Shown here piece after piece: positions 1-10,676 of a stretch of DNA of 64,000 bases (position 1 is the first letter of the stretch; each line of letters opens with the position of its first letter). The notes under the pieces were generated by a model, which saw only the letters and a list, made by a program, of their open reading frames with translations, had not been told where the DNA came from and made no database searches. Both the position numbers and the translations under genes were made by a program. Origin of the DNA: an uncultured Lentisphaerota bacterium (GTDB lineage: Bacteria; Verrucomicrobiota; Lentisphaeria; Victivallales; GWF2-50-93); contig CAIQLG010000287.1 of the NCBI GenBank assembly GCA_903872565.1, positions 4,936-68,935 on the forward strand, written 5' to 3'.

Positions 1-1
1 C

Positions 2-208
2 GTCGGACTCGATTTCACGCGTCTCATGGTCGAGACGATGGAGTTGAAAGAGCAGTATGCGGCAAGCAAGAAGCAGGACACCAAAATGGCCGACAGGTTG
101 CGTGAGAACATGAAGAAGTTGAAGAATATTATTGATGCGAAACCCACGGACTATATGGGGATATGTGCTGATATGTATCTGAATTGGCTGAACCCGAATA
201 AGCTGTGA
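2..208 (+). CDS. 3-prime end of a gene that starts upstream of the window; function unknown
   Basis: The frame is open from the first bases of the window to the stop at 206-208. No recognisable motif in the 68 residues. Confidence 0.3.
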   Translation, partial: VGLDFTRLMVETMELKEQYAASKKQDTKMADRLRENMKKLKNIIDAKPTDYMGICADMYLNWLNPNKL

Positions 209-293
209 TTAGAGCAAGTATTCAAAAAAGAAAAGAAGAAGTGACGATCAAAGAGGGCATCATGGATTCAGGAGTTTATAAAGGAGTTTGATA

Positions 294-3200
294 ATGTGTA
301 AAGGTAGTTTTGAAGAAAAAGAAAAGGGGATCTCTGTCTTAATGGATTCAAAGGATGTTTTGCACCAGGTCCGATATGACAACGCGTTCAGCGACTGGTC
401 CGAAGCCCTACCGCTCGGCAACGGCCACTTCGGTGCGATGGGCTATCTCGACCGCGAAGACGGACTGATTTTTACGTTCAATCATTACGACGTGTACTAT
501 CGGAGCAACCTCTCGCCAGAGGCGTTGGCTACAGGAAATCCGTACGTCGGCAAGGGGTTTCGAGAGGTTGACCGAAAAGAGATGAAACGGCGAGCACTGG
601 AGGCGCATGCGGACCCGAATCATCCCGCGCATCAGAACTACAATGTTTGTTTTTGGCCCGAAGTTGCGACGCGTTGGGGCTTTCCGATCCTGATAGCCCC
701 TGGTGTACCCATGGCGATCGCCGGATCCTTGCGGCTGATCCCGCGAAAAGGAGCGCTTGCGGCGGCTCCCCATGCAACGACGCTGGAAATTGAAAAGGCG
801 CGGGTTCGATTCTCCCTGCCGAATCTCGAATTGCGGTCGTTCGTGGCGCAGGGTTCCGATGTATTCGTGGCGCGGGTGACTCAGACGGAGCCGGGCATCT
901 TCGAATCCCTCGAACTGTCCGTCCCGAAAATGCGGTTGCATCCGATCGTTCCCGTGCGCGCCGACATGGCGAATGGCTCTGTGTTTTTCATCGAAAACAG
1001 CTTCTGGTCCAGGACGAAACAGGGAGCGCCGCCCTACCACTACGTCATCGCCGTTAAACTTATCGGCGCAAAAGGCGAACTCAAACGTCATGCCGACGCC
1101 GATGTCCTGAACGTTACCCTGCAACATCAAGCGAAGGACATGACGTTCCTGGTGACGGTGATTCCACCGGACGAAGGGCCGGACCTTGTCGCCGCCGCCT
1201 GCCGCAAGTTGGATGATGCGGCGGGACGGCTGGACAAACTGGAAACGGCGCATCAGAAGCACTGGAGTGGTTTTTTTAGCGCATCGCGGGTCTCGCTGCC
1301 GGATCGGATGCTGGAAACGCTCTGGTATCTCCACCTGTATTCGCTGGCCTCGTGCAGCGGGGAAGGCGCACGCCTGTACGGCGAGGCGTGTGGCCTCAAC
1401 GGATTATGGAATATCAAGGGCCCAACCCAATGGGGGAGTTCTTGGTACTGGGACGTCAACATCGAGCAGGCGTTCTGGCCTGTTTTTACCAGCAATCATC
1501 TGGAATTGGCCAAACCGTTCCACAAGGGATTGCTGGCCTGGGTCGATGCGGCCCGAGCCCAAGCCAAAGAATACTATTCGTTGGACGGCATTGCGGCCGA
1601 TTACCCGTTCACCTATTTTATGTCCATCTGGGCTTGGTGTGCGCAGTACTTCTGGTGGTATTACACATATTCCGGGGACGAGTCATTTCTGAAAGAGACC
1701 GCCTACCCGCTCTTCAAGGAGATATTACGTTTCTACGAGGGGTATGCCGAGTACGACAAGGAAACCGGGAAGCTGGTGATTTTCCCGGATGTCTGTCCGG
1801 AGCAAGGTCCGCTGACGCGCAACTCGATGAGCACCATGAGTTGCTTGAAGTATCTCCTGCGAATGGGAATTCAGAGCAGTGAAACGCTCGGGTGCGATGA
1901 GGATCTGCGCAACACATGGAGGGACATGCTGAACCGGTGCGGGGAATACGCCTGGAACACGTCGCATCAATTTGGCGAATATTACATGGACTGCGAATGG
2001 TCGGAAGACCTGCTCTACCTGGGCCACAGCGGTATTCTGAAGCCGATCTACCCCAATCGTGAAATAACCAAGCGCAGCTCGCCAACGGAGAGGAACAGGG
2101 CGTTGGGCACCTTTCGCTACTGCGACGGGCTTCAGGCCCACTGCACGCACGCCATCTGGCCGGCCGCCGCCGCCGCCGTCCTCGGACTCGGTGATGAAGC
2201 AGCACGTATCCTTTATGACCGCGGCATCTCATTGCAGATGTCGGCCAGCGGCATGTTCTCGGAAGAAACAGAACGGTGGATGCAAAATTGCCTGACCTAC
2301 GCCACTCCGGTCTATAATCCGCCGTTAATTGAGGCCGGCAGCACGGTCGTCGCGGTGATCAACGAGATGCTCCTGCAAAGTTATGACGGAGTGATCGAGG
2401 TCTTTCCTGCCATACCGGTCGGCGCGCCGACGACGCGCTATCACAATGACTGGCTCAACCCACCGCATCGGGCGCCGGCGCCGGTTCAGAAGTGGGAGGA
2501 TTGCGCTTTCGAAAACCTGCTGGCTGAGGGCGCGTTCGAAGTTTCGGCGTGGTTGCGTGGCGGAAAAACAGCTGCTGTGCGAATCACGAGTCGTAAGGGC
2601 AATGTCGTGCGCATGATCGATCCGTTTTCCACGGAAGCGGTTGTCAGAAACGGCACCGCAAAGGTAGAGCACACATGCCAGAATGGGGTTCTGTCGTTCC
2701 CCACGACCGCCGGTCAGACGTATGAGATTTCCACGGGAGGAGAAGCGCCGACAACGGTCCAGAAGGTGGATGCGGACCCAACCTTGCCGCTTGTCGCAAC
2801 GGCGTTCACACGCCGCCGCGTTTTTTTGGGTAAAGACCGGGACACGGAATTTTATCGCGCCTTGGACTGCGCGTTTCTCGATTTTTATCCAGGGGATCTT
2901 CCGCAATCCAAGTTGACGATTTACAAATTCGACTTTACCCAGCCCCAACTCCGCAAGGACTACTTCAAGGTAGTTTCCTGGCAGTGGCACATCAACCGCA
3001 AGGCCGGGGGGGAATTCGTGCCCATTTCAGCCGACAGCAAATATGACTACACTGTGGGACGCGGTTGGGCTGACATTGAACATTTGATCTATATTGATCG
3101 GGGCGCGCCGGACGAGCTACGGAGGGACTTCGTCTGCTCCAAGGCGGCCGCGGAATTCCTCGTGTTCCTGCGCGCCGGACAATACCAGGTTGTGCTTGTT

Positions 3201-3410
3201 TCCGGAGACCAGGAGGCTGCCAGTGGTATCTCCGTGAGCGTGCCGGGGGGCACCTCATGGGAATCCGGACCGCTCGCCCCCGGCTCATTTGCCGTGGGGA
3301 CCATACTGTTAAATCACGCACGGGATGGAGTTGCATCCTTTCATGTTAAATCGCCGACGCCGTCTCCGGCATGGTCGCTGTGCACGTTGATTATAAACAG
3401 GATACTATAG
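294..3410 (+). CDS. Large glycoside hydrolase, GH95-like (alpha-L-fucosidase-type N-terminal domain and (alpha/alpha)6 catalytic region) with a C-terminal extension of about 250 aa
   Basis: N-terminal WSEALPLGNGHFGAMGY resembles the GH95 N-terminal signature. WYWDVNIEQAFWPVF resembles the GH95 catalytic NINxQMNYWP region. AAGGAG at 281-286 lies 7 nt before the ATG at 294; the track start at 288 is TTG. The exact start is uncertain. Confidence 0.65.
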   Translation: MCKGSFEEKEKGISVLMDSKDVLHQVRYDNAFSDWSEALPLGNGHFGAMGYLDREDGLIFTFNHYDVYYRSNLSPEALATGNPYVGKGFREVDRKEMKRRALEAHADPNHPAHQNYNVCFWPEVATRWGFPILIAPGVPMAIAGSLRLIPRKGALAAAPHATTLEIEKARVRFSLPNLELRSFVAQGSDVFVARVTQTEPGIFESLELSVPKMRLHPIVPVRADMANGSVFFIENSFWSRTKQGAPPYHYVIAVKLIGAKGELKRHADADVLNVTLQHQAKDMTFLVTVIPPDEGPDLVAAACRKLDDAAGRLDKLETAHQKHWSGFFSASRVSLPDRMLETLWYLHLYSLASCSGEGARLYGEACGLNGLWNIKGPTQWGSSWYWDVNIEQAFWPVFTSNHLELAKPFHKGLLAWVDAARAQAKEYYSLDGIAADYPFTYFMSIWAWCAQYFWWYYTYSGDESFLKETAYPLFKEILRFYEGYAEYDKETGKLVIFPDVCPEQGPLTRNSMSTMSCLKYLLRMGIQSSETLGCDEDLRNTWRDMLNRCGEYAWNTSHQFGEYYMDCEWSEDLLYLGHSGILKPIYPNREITKRSSPTERNRALGTFRYCDGLQAHCTHAIWPAAAAAVLGLGDEAARILYDRGISLQMSASGMFSEETERWMQNCLTYATPVYNPPLIEAGSTVVAVINEMLLQSYDGVIEVFPAIPVGAPTTRYHNDWLNPPHRAPAPVQKWEDCAFENLLAEGAFEVSAWLRGGKTAAVRITSRKGNVVRMIDPFSTEAVVRNGTAKVEHTCQNGVLSFPTTAGQTYEISTGGEAPTTVQKVDADPTLPLVATAFTRRRVFLGKDRDTEFYRALDCAFLDFYPGDLPQSKLTIYKFDFTQPQLRKDYFKVVSWQWHINRKAGGEFVPISADSKYDYTVGRGWADIEHLIYIDRGAPDELRRDFVCSKAAAEFLVFLRAGQYQVVLVSGDQEAASGISVSVPGGTSWESGPLAPGSFAVGTILLNHARDGVASFHVKSPTPSPAWSLCTLIINRIL

Positions 3411-3495
3411 AGGTAATCGCAAAAGTCTGAAATTTGGTGAAGTGGTTTCTCGGCAATCACGATGTCGGCACAAGGGTTCCCCCTCCCCTCGCCCA

Positions 3496-3573
3496 CCAGC
3501 TTGGTGGCATTTATTCAATAGTGCCGGCAGGTTGCCGGTGTTCCTTCGAAAATACAATTTTCTATACTATTGA
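3496..3573. repeat. Intergenic structured repeat, copy A (family shared with 45378-45490)
   Basis: CCACCA-gct-TGGTGG palindrome, then CATTTAT, then a CCGGCA-ggt-TGCCGG hairpin, then the conserved tail GTTCCTTCGAAAATACAATTTTCTATACT. The same order and the same tail occur in copy B. Confidence 0.6.
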
Positions 3574-3682
3574 GTTAACCTTCCAAAATAAATTTACAAG
3601 TCATCCAACCACCAAAAAAAATGAGTGGTTTTTAAAAGTCCACACCCTGAGGACGGAAATTTCCGAGTTACTCTGAAAATCT

Positions 3683-4936
3683 TCACGGAATCCGATTTAA
3701 AATAGAATAAGCTTCTGAGTAAAGCTTAATATATTCGCATGTACCTGAAAGAATTCTGTCTTCAAATTGCGCTTGGATTTTCTTCATGTGATTACTGCAC
3801 TTGAAGCGCTGGTATAATGAGTCTGATGCCGAATAATATCTTCCACTTAAAAGAGGTTCAAAACTTGCGGTTTCGCTTATCGGAAACGGCAGGAAGAAAG
3901 AATGGCGGCTGTTCCCGCAGCATGCGTAATTTATTGAATTTCCGGGATCCTTTCTGTCAATGACCTGCAAATGAACCGATATTGTCATCCAGAAATGCTT
4001 TAAATCATCGTTGCACAGGGAATGCGGAACATATTTCCTATCCCTCGACAAAGCAAAAATGCGCTTCAGGTCATTTTCGTCAACAACGCCATGAAGAAGC
4101 TCGTCAATCCTCTTTTTCCTTAGCAATGTGTTTTTGCTTGGAGCCGCGCTTTCCCATTTCCTGGCTTTCGGAAGCGTGAAATGGTTCGATACTGTAAATA
4201 TGCCCTTATCTATGAACTTATAAGTAAAATCCCTTGACGTGTATTCAAGTATTATTCCTTTTTCACTGTCGGCAAGCAGGAGGATAGTGCCTCTTTTTTT
4301 GCCAGCGCCGCCTGCTACTTTTTTGCCTATGAGTTTTTCTATCAGGTCAGGAATTTTTTCCACGGAAGAAGCATGCTCCGCGACATACCTTAATATGTGG
4401 CAGTCTGATAATGCCGGTTCCTCTGTTATATCCTCTGTGGTGGAGCCTGTATTGTTTGCTCCGGCAAGTCCGCTCGAACTGAAGAAGTGCGCCACTCCCA
4501 TGTTCCCTATATCATGGCCAACCTGATAATGAAATTTTCCATACTTTCTTGTGTAAAAACTCTGTATATGGTTCCGCTCATCCCTGATTTTAAAAAGCAT
4601 GTTGTGTTTTTTGCCGATTGAAATGAATGACGTACAATTGCCGGCTTTTTTGGAGGAGAAAAAATCAGGAGGAAGACAGTTTATCTTCAGATAGTCATTT
4701 AAATCAATTCCAGCGGCGTCTGAAATCCCTTTTGCCTCCTCCAGCCAGTTTCCTGATACTGACTTGAGTATTCTGGTAAAATCTTTTATTCTTGAATTCA
4801 GAACACTTTCAGTGATTTTGTTTTTCTTTTGTACTTTATTTACGTTGCAAATGCGGTTGCGCAGGAAATTTTTCCAGTATGACCCCAGCTTAAAGCCGTC
4901 CGAATAACAATCGCCTTCAAAATTTACAAATTTCAT
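3683..4936 (-). CDS. Putative Ntn-hydrolase, peptidase C45 / acyltransferase-like
   Basis: 417-aa ORF with a G-N-C-T-S-F motif about 100 residues from the N terminus. This is the position of the autoproteolytic Gly-Cys site in C45 enzymes. Followed by FKIRDERN and a late SNHF. Family assignment is by motif only. Confidence 0.5.
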   Translation of the reverse strand: MKFVNFEGDCYSDGFKLGSYWKNFLRNRICNVNKVQKKNKITESVLNSRIKDFTRILKSVSGNWLEEAKGISDAAGIDLNDYLKINCLPPDFFSSKKAGNCTSFISIGKKHNMLFKIRDERNHIQSFYTRKYGKFHYQVGHDIGNMGVAHFFSSSGLAGANNTGSTTEDITEEPALSDCHILRYVAEHASSVEKIPDLIEKLIGKKVAGGAGKKRGTILLLADSEKGIILEYTSRDFTYKFIDKGIFTVSNHFTLPKARKWESAAPSKNTLLRKKRIDELLHGVVDENDLKRIFALSRDRKYVPHSLCNDDLKHFWMTISVHLQVIDRKDPGNSINYACCGNSRHSFFLPFPISETASFEPLLSGRYYSASDSLYQRFKCSNHMKKIQAQFEDRILSGTCEYIKLYSEAYSILNRIP

Positions 4937-5098
4937 TTAGCCGCATTCCTTTCAATTTACATACATAAGTAGTATATTAGCCATTTGTATTAAAGTATAA
5001 TGTTAATTGATACATTATGATGAAAAAGCATTGGAGCGTTTGCTTTTGACAAAGCATTCCAATGGCAAGAACAATAGGATAAATGTGGAGGAACCATC

Positions 5099-6229
5099 GT
5101 GACAACTTTTAAAATCATTACAGGGTTTGATGGAGCTTGCCCTTTTTCAGATGAAGGGGTATCTCTGTTAAATGATGGGACATTTGAAGTGAGGCCGATG
5201 TGGCGGCCCGCCCCTGGGATCAGCGAGGAAAGCCCTGATTGTGGAGGAAGCAGGTTCTCCATAAAAGTCGAAAACACATCCACTGGACCATCCTTTTTCG
5301 AGTGCTTCATAAACTGGGAAGATAAGCAGCAACAAAGACTTCATTTTCATGATTATGTTCATATCCTGATATCCGGGAGCAATGAGTGGAAGATGTTTCC
5401 TGTCGAACTGGAGCCCCCCGGTGCGAGGCTTAAAATCAAGTTGCCCCCCGGCATTTCCCATATTGACACTTCTCCTTACTACAGTTATGGAATGTCGGTC
5501 GAGTATATGAAGTCGAAAGAGGGGATTTATGGCGCGAAATATTCCAGCATAGGAAAGAGCACCGAAGGAAGGGAAATTCCACTTCTCCTGATTGACGATC
5601 CTTCCGGATGGAAAAACAAGACAGACATGATTTTCATGGCCCGGAACCACGCCTATGAAACGGCCGGTTCATTCTGCGCTGAAGGGATGATTGATTTCCT
5701 TTTGTCGGACGATGATCTGGCAAAATATTTCAGGGCATCATACCGTTTCCATTTTTTGCCGATGACAAATCCTGACGGCGTATACAATGGGATGAGCCGC
5801 CTGACCGCGCCAAAAGGGGCGGACCTCAACCGTACAAGACAACAGGACGACGATGCATGGCGTGCCCTTAAAAGCTATGTCGACAAAGTAAAACCTGGAC
5901 TGTTTCTCAATATCCACAACTGGATGTCTAAAAATCAGGACGGACTTCTTGCCAACACCCAGCATTTCGCCGAGAAGTTCAAGAAGCTGATGCCCGATCA
6001 ACACCAGGATGGAAAGTTCTGGGAGGTGGAGTGGACAGAACTTTTCCTGAAAAATGCTGGTGCCGAAATCTCCAGGGAAGAGTGGCAGAGCTGGAAAGGC
6101 TATCTCAGGGAGAAATTCGGTGCCATAGCGATGGTTTTGGAGTTCCCATGGTTTGGGCGGACCATTTCAAGAATGCGCGAGATAGGAAAGACTTCACTGA
6201 TTTCCTTCCTGCTGGCAAGCAAAGTTTAA
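5099..6229 (+). CDS. M14-family zinc carboxypeptidase
   Basis: ARNHAYETAG (HxxE zinc site) and HFLPMTNPDGVYNG (M14 NPDG region). GTG start with GGAGGA 7 nt upstream. Confidence 0.8.
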   Translation: MTTFKIITGFDGACPFSDEGVSLLNDGTFEVRPMWRPAPGISEESPDCGGSRFSIKVENTSTGPSFFECFINWEDKQQQRLHFHDYVHILISGSNEWKMFPVELEPPGARLKIKLPPGISHIDTSPYYSYGMSVEYMKSKEGIYGAKYSSIGKSTEGREIPLLLIDDPSGWKNKTDMIFMARNHAYETAGSFCAEGMIDFLLSDDDLAKYFRASYRFHFLPMTNPDGVYNGMSRLTAPKGADLNRTRQQDDDAWRALKSYVDKVKPGLFLNIHNWMSKNQDGLLANTQHFAEKFKKLMPDQHQDGKFWEVEWTELFLKNAGAEISREEWQSWKGYLREKFGAIAMVLEFPWFGRTISRMREIGKTSLISFLLASKV

Positions 6230-6336
6230 AAGAATAAAGTTGTTTTTATCAGGACGGCCTTCTTTTGTTTTTTTATGACGACATAACATAACGCCATGTC
6301 TTAAAGAGGACACATTGCCTCTACAGGTCAATGCCG

Positions 6337-7137
6337 TTATTGTCGGTATGCCGGAACAGCGCACCACTGCATCGGATCCGACTCCCGGACTGAACCCGCA
6401 TGAGCATCCCCGAATATGGCGTTATAAGTTCCGGAACATGTGCTGTAGTTGTAGTTGTGATGGTTCCCGACATCCCTGTAGTTTTCTCCAGCTGATGATG
6501 TCGGGAATGGGCCATGATCCGTCTCGAGATATCTTGTAATACCTGTCATGTCGCTGTTCCAACCACTTTCGCTCGTATAGGTAAAAGGCCTTCTTAAACA
6601 GTCAACCATGTATATTTTTGATTCGGGATTTTTCACTTGGACTAATTTTACAGGGTTTTGCGAGTTCCTCCCCCATCCCGTTGATTCCGCCGGATCCGCG
6701 TCACCGATCTTAGCACCATTCCACTTCCCCTTGCTGATCGTGTTCATTATGTACGAACATTTGTCCAGATCAAATGAGCCAGAAGCCGAATAGCTGGAAG
6801 GATTATAGAATTGCGAATCCTCTATGAATGCCGGACATTGGAAGGTCTTCTCATTTTTCATGTCGTATAAACTCGCAAGCAAATTCGGCCAGCCTATTTT
6901 GTCGCTGCCACCACACTCAACAACAACAGAAGGAAGAGCAAAGCCCTGATTATCCTCCGCATAATTGGTCGTTACATATCCAATCTGCTTCAAGTTGCTG
7001 GAACAAAGAGACTCCCTGGCCTTGTCCCTCGCCTTCTGCAATGCAGGGAGAAAAATCCCCGCAAGAATCGATATTATGGCTATTACAATCAGCAGTTCGA
7101 TCAAAGTGAATCCGTCAGTGCGATCCTCATATTTCAT
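6337..7137 (-). CDS. Prepilin-type N-terminal cleavage/methylation domain protein (DUF1559-like pseudopilin)
   Basis: [25 protein letters not shown] class III signal peptide. The start is moved to the ATG at 7137, which has GGAGG upstream. The tail is typical of PVC-group DUF1559 proteins. Confidence 0.85.
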   Translation of the reverse strand: MKYEDRTDGFTLIELLIVIAIISILAGIFLPALQKARDKARESLCSSNLKQIGYVTTNYAEDNQGFALPSVVVECGGSDKIGWPNLLASLYDMKNEKTFQCPAFIEDSQFYNPSSYSASGSFDLDKCSYIMNTISKGKWNGAKIGDADPAESTGWGRNSQNPVKLVQVKNPESKIYMVDCLRRPFTYTSESGWNSDMTGITRYLETDHGPFPTSSAGENYRDVGNHHNYNYSTCSGTYNAIFGDAHAGSVRESDPMQWCAVPAYRQ

Positions 7138-7457
7138 TTTTACCTCCGTGAAACTTGCCGGCAACAACGCTACCGCCATGGCGATGGCAACAAGATATAT
7201 AATGGTTGATTTATAAATATATAAATAATGATGTACTGATATATTTATAAAATAGTTTTGAATAAAACATTAAAAAAATTATTTTCAATGGGATAAATAC
7301 AAGAATCCATATAAATATAACTAATATTACATACTTACGATATCGTCCCACGGATTATTGGATAATCGGTGAATATTTACTTGCTTGATGATTTCACAAA
7401 TGGAATTATTTTATCCCTTGCAGGAGTCAAGTCAAAAATACCTCAGGAGACATAGCT

Positions 7458-8585
7458 ATGGAAAACTCGGTAAAACATGGAAGAGTATGGCTCGATATCA
7501 ATCTCGGCACCTTGCGGGAAAATTTCGGAAAAATCCGGAATGCCGTTCAGCCCTGCGGAGTTATAGCCGTACTCAAGGCGGACGCTTATGGGCTCGGATT
7601 CGAAAAAATTGCAGGAACACTCGCCAAGGCAGGAGCCGTCGGTTTCGGAGTCGCCGAACTGAGCGAGGCTCTGGCAATACGGAAATTCAAAAAGCCTGTC
7701 CAAATCCTTGGAGCAGTGCTTCCGGAGGAGATTCCTGACGCAGTCAATGCCGGAATAATCCTTCCCATCAACGACTATGAAATCGCAGAAATGATAAGCA
7801 GGGAGTCGGTGAAACAAAAAAAGAAGACCGAATGCCACTTTCTGATTGACACTGGAATGGGAAGGCTCGGTATGGTCTGGCAACAGGCTGAAAAAACAAT
7901 CCGGAAATGCGTAAAACTTCCAAACATTGACTTCACCGGAATCTACACTCATTTTCCAGTCGCATATCAGTCCGGAAGGGAATATACTGCCGGGCAGATC
8001 AGAAAATTCCTGGAGATTCTTGAAAGCCTCTCGAAATCGGGAATCAACTTCAGAAAAGTCCATTGCGCAAACAGCGACGCCGTCAACAACTTTCCTTTCA
8101 CATACAAATCTCCTTTCAATCTTGTGAGAACAGGCCTGGACATACACGGATCTTTTGACATCGAAGGCAAAAGAAGCCTCAACCTGAAATCAGTGCTTAC
8201 TCTCAAGACAAGGCTCGCCGCGGTCAGAACCCTCGAAGCGGGAGCAAGGATAGGATACGGCTGTACCTATACCCTTCCACGCAAAATGCTGGTAGGGACA
8301 ATTTCCGCCGGATACGCCGACGGCATCCCGTTCGCCCTCTCAAACAAGGGATATGTCATCATACGAGGAAAACCATGTGGGATCCTTGGAAGAGTATCAA
8401 TGGACTACACAACAGTCTCACTCGAACAGATCCCGGAGTCCCAGCGCGGAGACGAGGTCATATGCCTCGGTGGCGAAGGAATTCTCGAGATAACCGTCGA
8501 AAGCTGGGCACAGCTCAAGACAACGCACCCCCACGAGATAATCTGCTCCTTCGGAAAACGCGTCAAAAGATGCTACTCCGCCTGA
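7458..8585 (+). CDS. alr: Alanine racemase
   Basis: AVLKADAYGLG PLP-lysine motif, about 375 aa, AGGAG RBS. Confidence 0.9.
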   Translation: MENSVKHGRVWLDINLGTLRENFGKIRNAVQPCGVIAVLKADAYGLGFEKIAGTLAKAGAVGFGVAELSEALAIRKFKKPVQILGAVLPEEIPDAVNAGIILPINDYEIAEMISRESVKQKKKTECHFLIDTGMGRLGMVWQQAEKTIRKCVKLPNIDFTGIYTHFPVAYQSGREYTAGQIRKFLEILESLSKSGINFRKVHCANSDAVNNFPFTYKSPFNLVRTGLDIHGSFDIEGKRSLNLKSVLTLKTRLAAVRTLEAGARIGYGCTYTLPRKMLVGTISAGYADGIPFALSNKGYVIIRGKPCGILGRVSMDYTTVSLEQIPESQRGDEVICLGGEGILEITVESWAQLKTTHPHEIICSFGKRVKRCYSA

Positions 8586-8760
8586 AACTCTTGTCCAAAT
8601 GATTTCAAAATTGACCGGGCATAAAATATATTGATTCAGACATTGAAATGGAGCTTGGATACTTGCTCCATCCTGCCGCGTTTTCCATTCAGCACCATCT
8701 TTTGAGTAAAAAAAATGCAGGTATGCTGTTCTTGCATAGAAAAAGGATATTCAGATGGCG

Positions 8761-8829
8761 TTTCCACAATCCTCCTAATTGTGGAAACTTATAGATTTGC
8801 TTATGCGGAAGGACTTCCGCGAAGCAAAT
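8761..8829. terminator. Two adjacent stem-loops between convergent alr and carA; possible bidirectional terminator
   Basis: TTTCCACAAT / ATTGTGGAAA forms a 10-bp perfect stem (8761-8787). GATTTGCTT.GCGGAAG-GA-CTTCCGC.AAGCAAATC forms a second stem (8794-8829) that abuts the carA stop. There is no clean U-tract. Confidence 0.4.
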
Positions 8830-9978
8830 CTAGCCCATAATTTTCTTGAACTGGGCGAAAAGGTAATACGGGTCGTGCGGGCCTGGAGAGGATTCAGGAT
8901 GATATTGTACAGCGAACATGGGCTCTCTTTTGTGCCTTAGTCCCTCGATGGTGCCATCGTTCAGATTTATATGCGTCTTATGCAGACAGGAGGGAAAATT
9001 CTTTTCGCTTATTGCAAAGTTGTGGTTCTGCGAAGTTATCTCCACCATTTTTGTCTTAAGGTTCTTTACCGGATGGTTGCATCCGTGATGCCCGAACTTC
9101 AACCTGAATCTTTCTCCACCGCAGGCAATCCCGAGAATCTGATGCCCGAGACATATCCCCATGATTGGAACTTTTCCTATCAGAGATTTTGCGGCGTCAA
9201 TCGCATATGATACGGCCGCAGGATCCGCAGGACCATTCGAGAAGAAAACACCATCGGGTTTCCTCTTCAGCACATTCTCAGCAGAAGTCTCCGCAGGAAC
9301 GACGGTCACATCCATCCCATTGAGCCGCAATGATCTGAGTATATTCCATTTTATCCCGAAATCATAGGCTACCACCTTGTATTTCAGTGGCGGAAGTTCT
9401 TCAGCTATTCCCCATGACTTTGTAAGCTTTCCGCTCTTGTCCCACTGATAGGGTTCCTTGCATGAGACTTTCGATGCATAGTCCTGATTGTCAAGCCCGA
9501 TCCATTTCTTCGCCTTTTCGACTCCTTTTTCCGGACTGAGACTTCCCGAACAGCACATATATCCCTTGAGTGTGCCCTTTGTCCTGAGCTTGACTGTCAG
9601 CGCTCTCGTGTCTATTCCTGCAATTCCCGGGATTTTGGCCTTTTTGAGAGCCGACACGAGCGACTGTTCTGAACGCCAGTTGCTTTCCTCGTTGAGATCA
9701 TGAATGATAAATCCATTCAGGAACAATCTGGCCGACTCCATGTCCTCGCTGTTGATTCCGGTGTTTCCGATTTCAGGATATGTCATCGTTACGAACTGTC
9801 CCGCATAGGATGGATCACTCAGTATTTCCTGGTACCCTGACATTCCGGTATTGAAGACGACTTCGCCTTCGCGGCTGACTTCTGCCCCGATGGAATATCC
9901 CTCAAATACTGTTCCATCCTCGAGTGCAAGAAATGCGTTCTTCTCTCTTTTCCGCTTCCAGTCGTAGTTATGTTTCAT
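8830..9978 (-). CDS. carA: Carbamoyl-phosphate synthase small (glutaminase) subunit
   Basis: FNTGMSGYQEILSDPSYAGQ N-domain and GICLGHQ class I amidotransferase catalytic Cys. Confidence 0.9.
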   Translation of the reverse strand: MKHNYDWKRKREKNAFLALEDGTVFEGYSIGAEVSREGEVVFNTGMSGYQEILSDPSYAGQFVTMTYPEIGNTGINSEDMESARLFLNGFIIHDLNEESNWRSEQSLVSALKKAKIPGIAGIDTRALTVKLRTKGTLKGYMCCSGSLSPEKGVEKAKKWIGLDNQDYASKVSCKEPYQWDKSGKLTKSWGIAEELPPLKYKVVAYDFGIKWNILRSLRLNGMDVTVVPAETSAENVLKRKPDGVFFSNGPADPAAVSYAIDAAKSLIGKVPIMGICLGHQILGIACGGERFRLKFGHHGCNHPVKNLKTKMVEITSQNHNFAISEKNFPSCLHKTHINLNDGTIEGLRHKREPMFAVQYHPESSPGPHDPYYLFAQFKKIMG

Positions 9979-10187
9979 TTATTGGTAATCCATAAGTTTT
10001 GTTTTCAAGAATGTCCACAGAATATATATTGCAATGATGCCTTTTCAAGCAGGCCAAGTCTCGACCTGTCCCCCATAGTCTCGCGAATGCGGACGACGTG
10101 GGATGAGACTTGGCATGTCTGGTTTCATCGAAACCAGACCTACTTTTGCGGCCCTCTACTGAAAACTTGTACGCATTGCGGTATGCT

Positions 10188-10652
10188 TTACTTACCTTCC
10201 CAAGTATGCAAACAATCAAAACAATGCCATTTCTTTTCTTTCCATCGCCAAGGCATAAATGTAACGACAAGTTGCATTAATACATTTCTGTAACTAACAG
10301 AATCATATATTATACTGACAGACGGGCATTTAGGGAATTCATCTTTAGTTTTCACAATATCATCATACATTTTATCATCCTCAGCTGCCGAATACTTAAG
10401 ATTAAAAACACGTCCCCGGATTTCCATAGCAAGTTCAATATCATCAGGATGGATGTAGATAGCAGTCCCAGCACCTTGTCCAAAGGTTCCTCCATATGCC
10501 GCTATTAAAGGTGAGACATTCTTCAATTCTTCAGAATTCTCAGAAAAATTAAACCGTACTCCTCCTTCAATAAAATTGTCTAAAAGAAGTTTTGCATCAG
10601 AGTAACTGTAAGTTCCGAAATCACTGAATTTTTTATCTTTCTGTTTAGACAT
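10188..10652 (-). CDS. Hypothetical protein with a C-terminal Cys pair region (CP...CFDC)
   Basis: 154-aa ORF in the same orientation as its neighbours. No confident family. Confidence 0.45.
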   Translation of the reverse strand: MSKQKDKKFSDFGTYSYSDAKLLLDNFIEGGVRFNFSENSEELKNVSPLIAAYGGTFGQGAGTAIYIHPDDIELAMEIRGRVFNLKYSAAEDDKMYDDIVKTKDEFPKCPSVSIIYDSVSYRNVLMQLVVTFMPWRWKEKKWHCFDCLHTWEGK

Positions 10653-10676
10653 GGTTTCTTATTCTCCAAATAACTT

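Noticed and set aside
408-3336. Many long antisense or out-of-frame ORFs inside the GH95-like gene (for example 408-1334 minus at 308 aa and 2325-2990 minus at 221 aa)
   Set aside because: They are Arg/Pro/Gly-rich shadow frames of the kind expected in G+C-rich DNA. They have no motifs and lie wholly within a gene that has recognisable GH95-type signatures.
7385-8206. ORFs overlapping alr on both strands (7385-7738 plus, 7443-8147 minus)
   Set aside because: The alr frame carries the PLP motif and full-length similarity. The overlapping frames have no motifs and no RBS.
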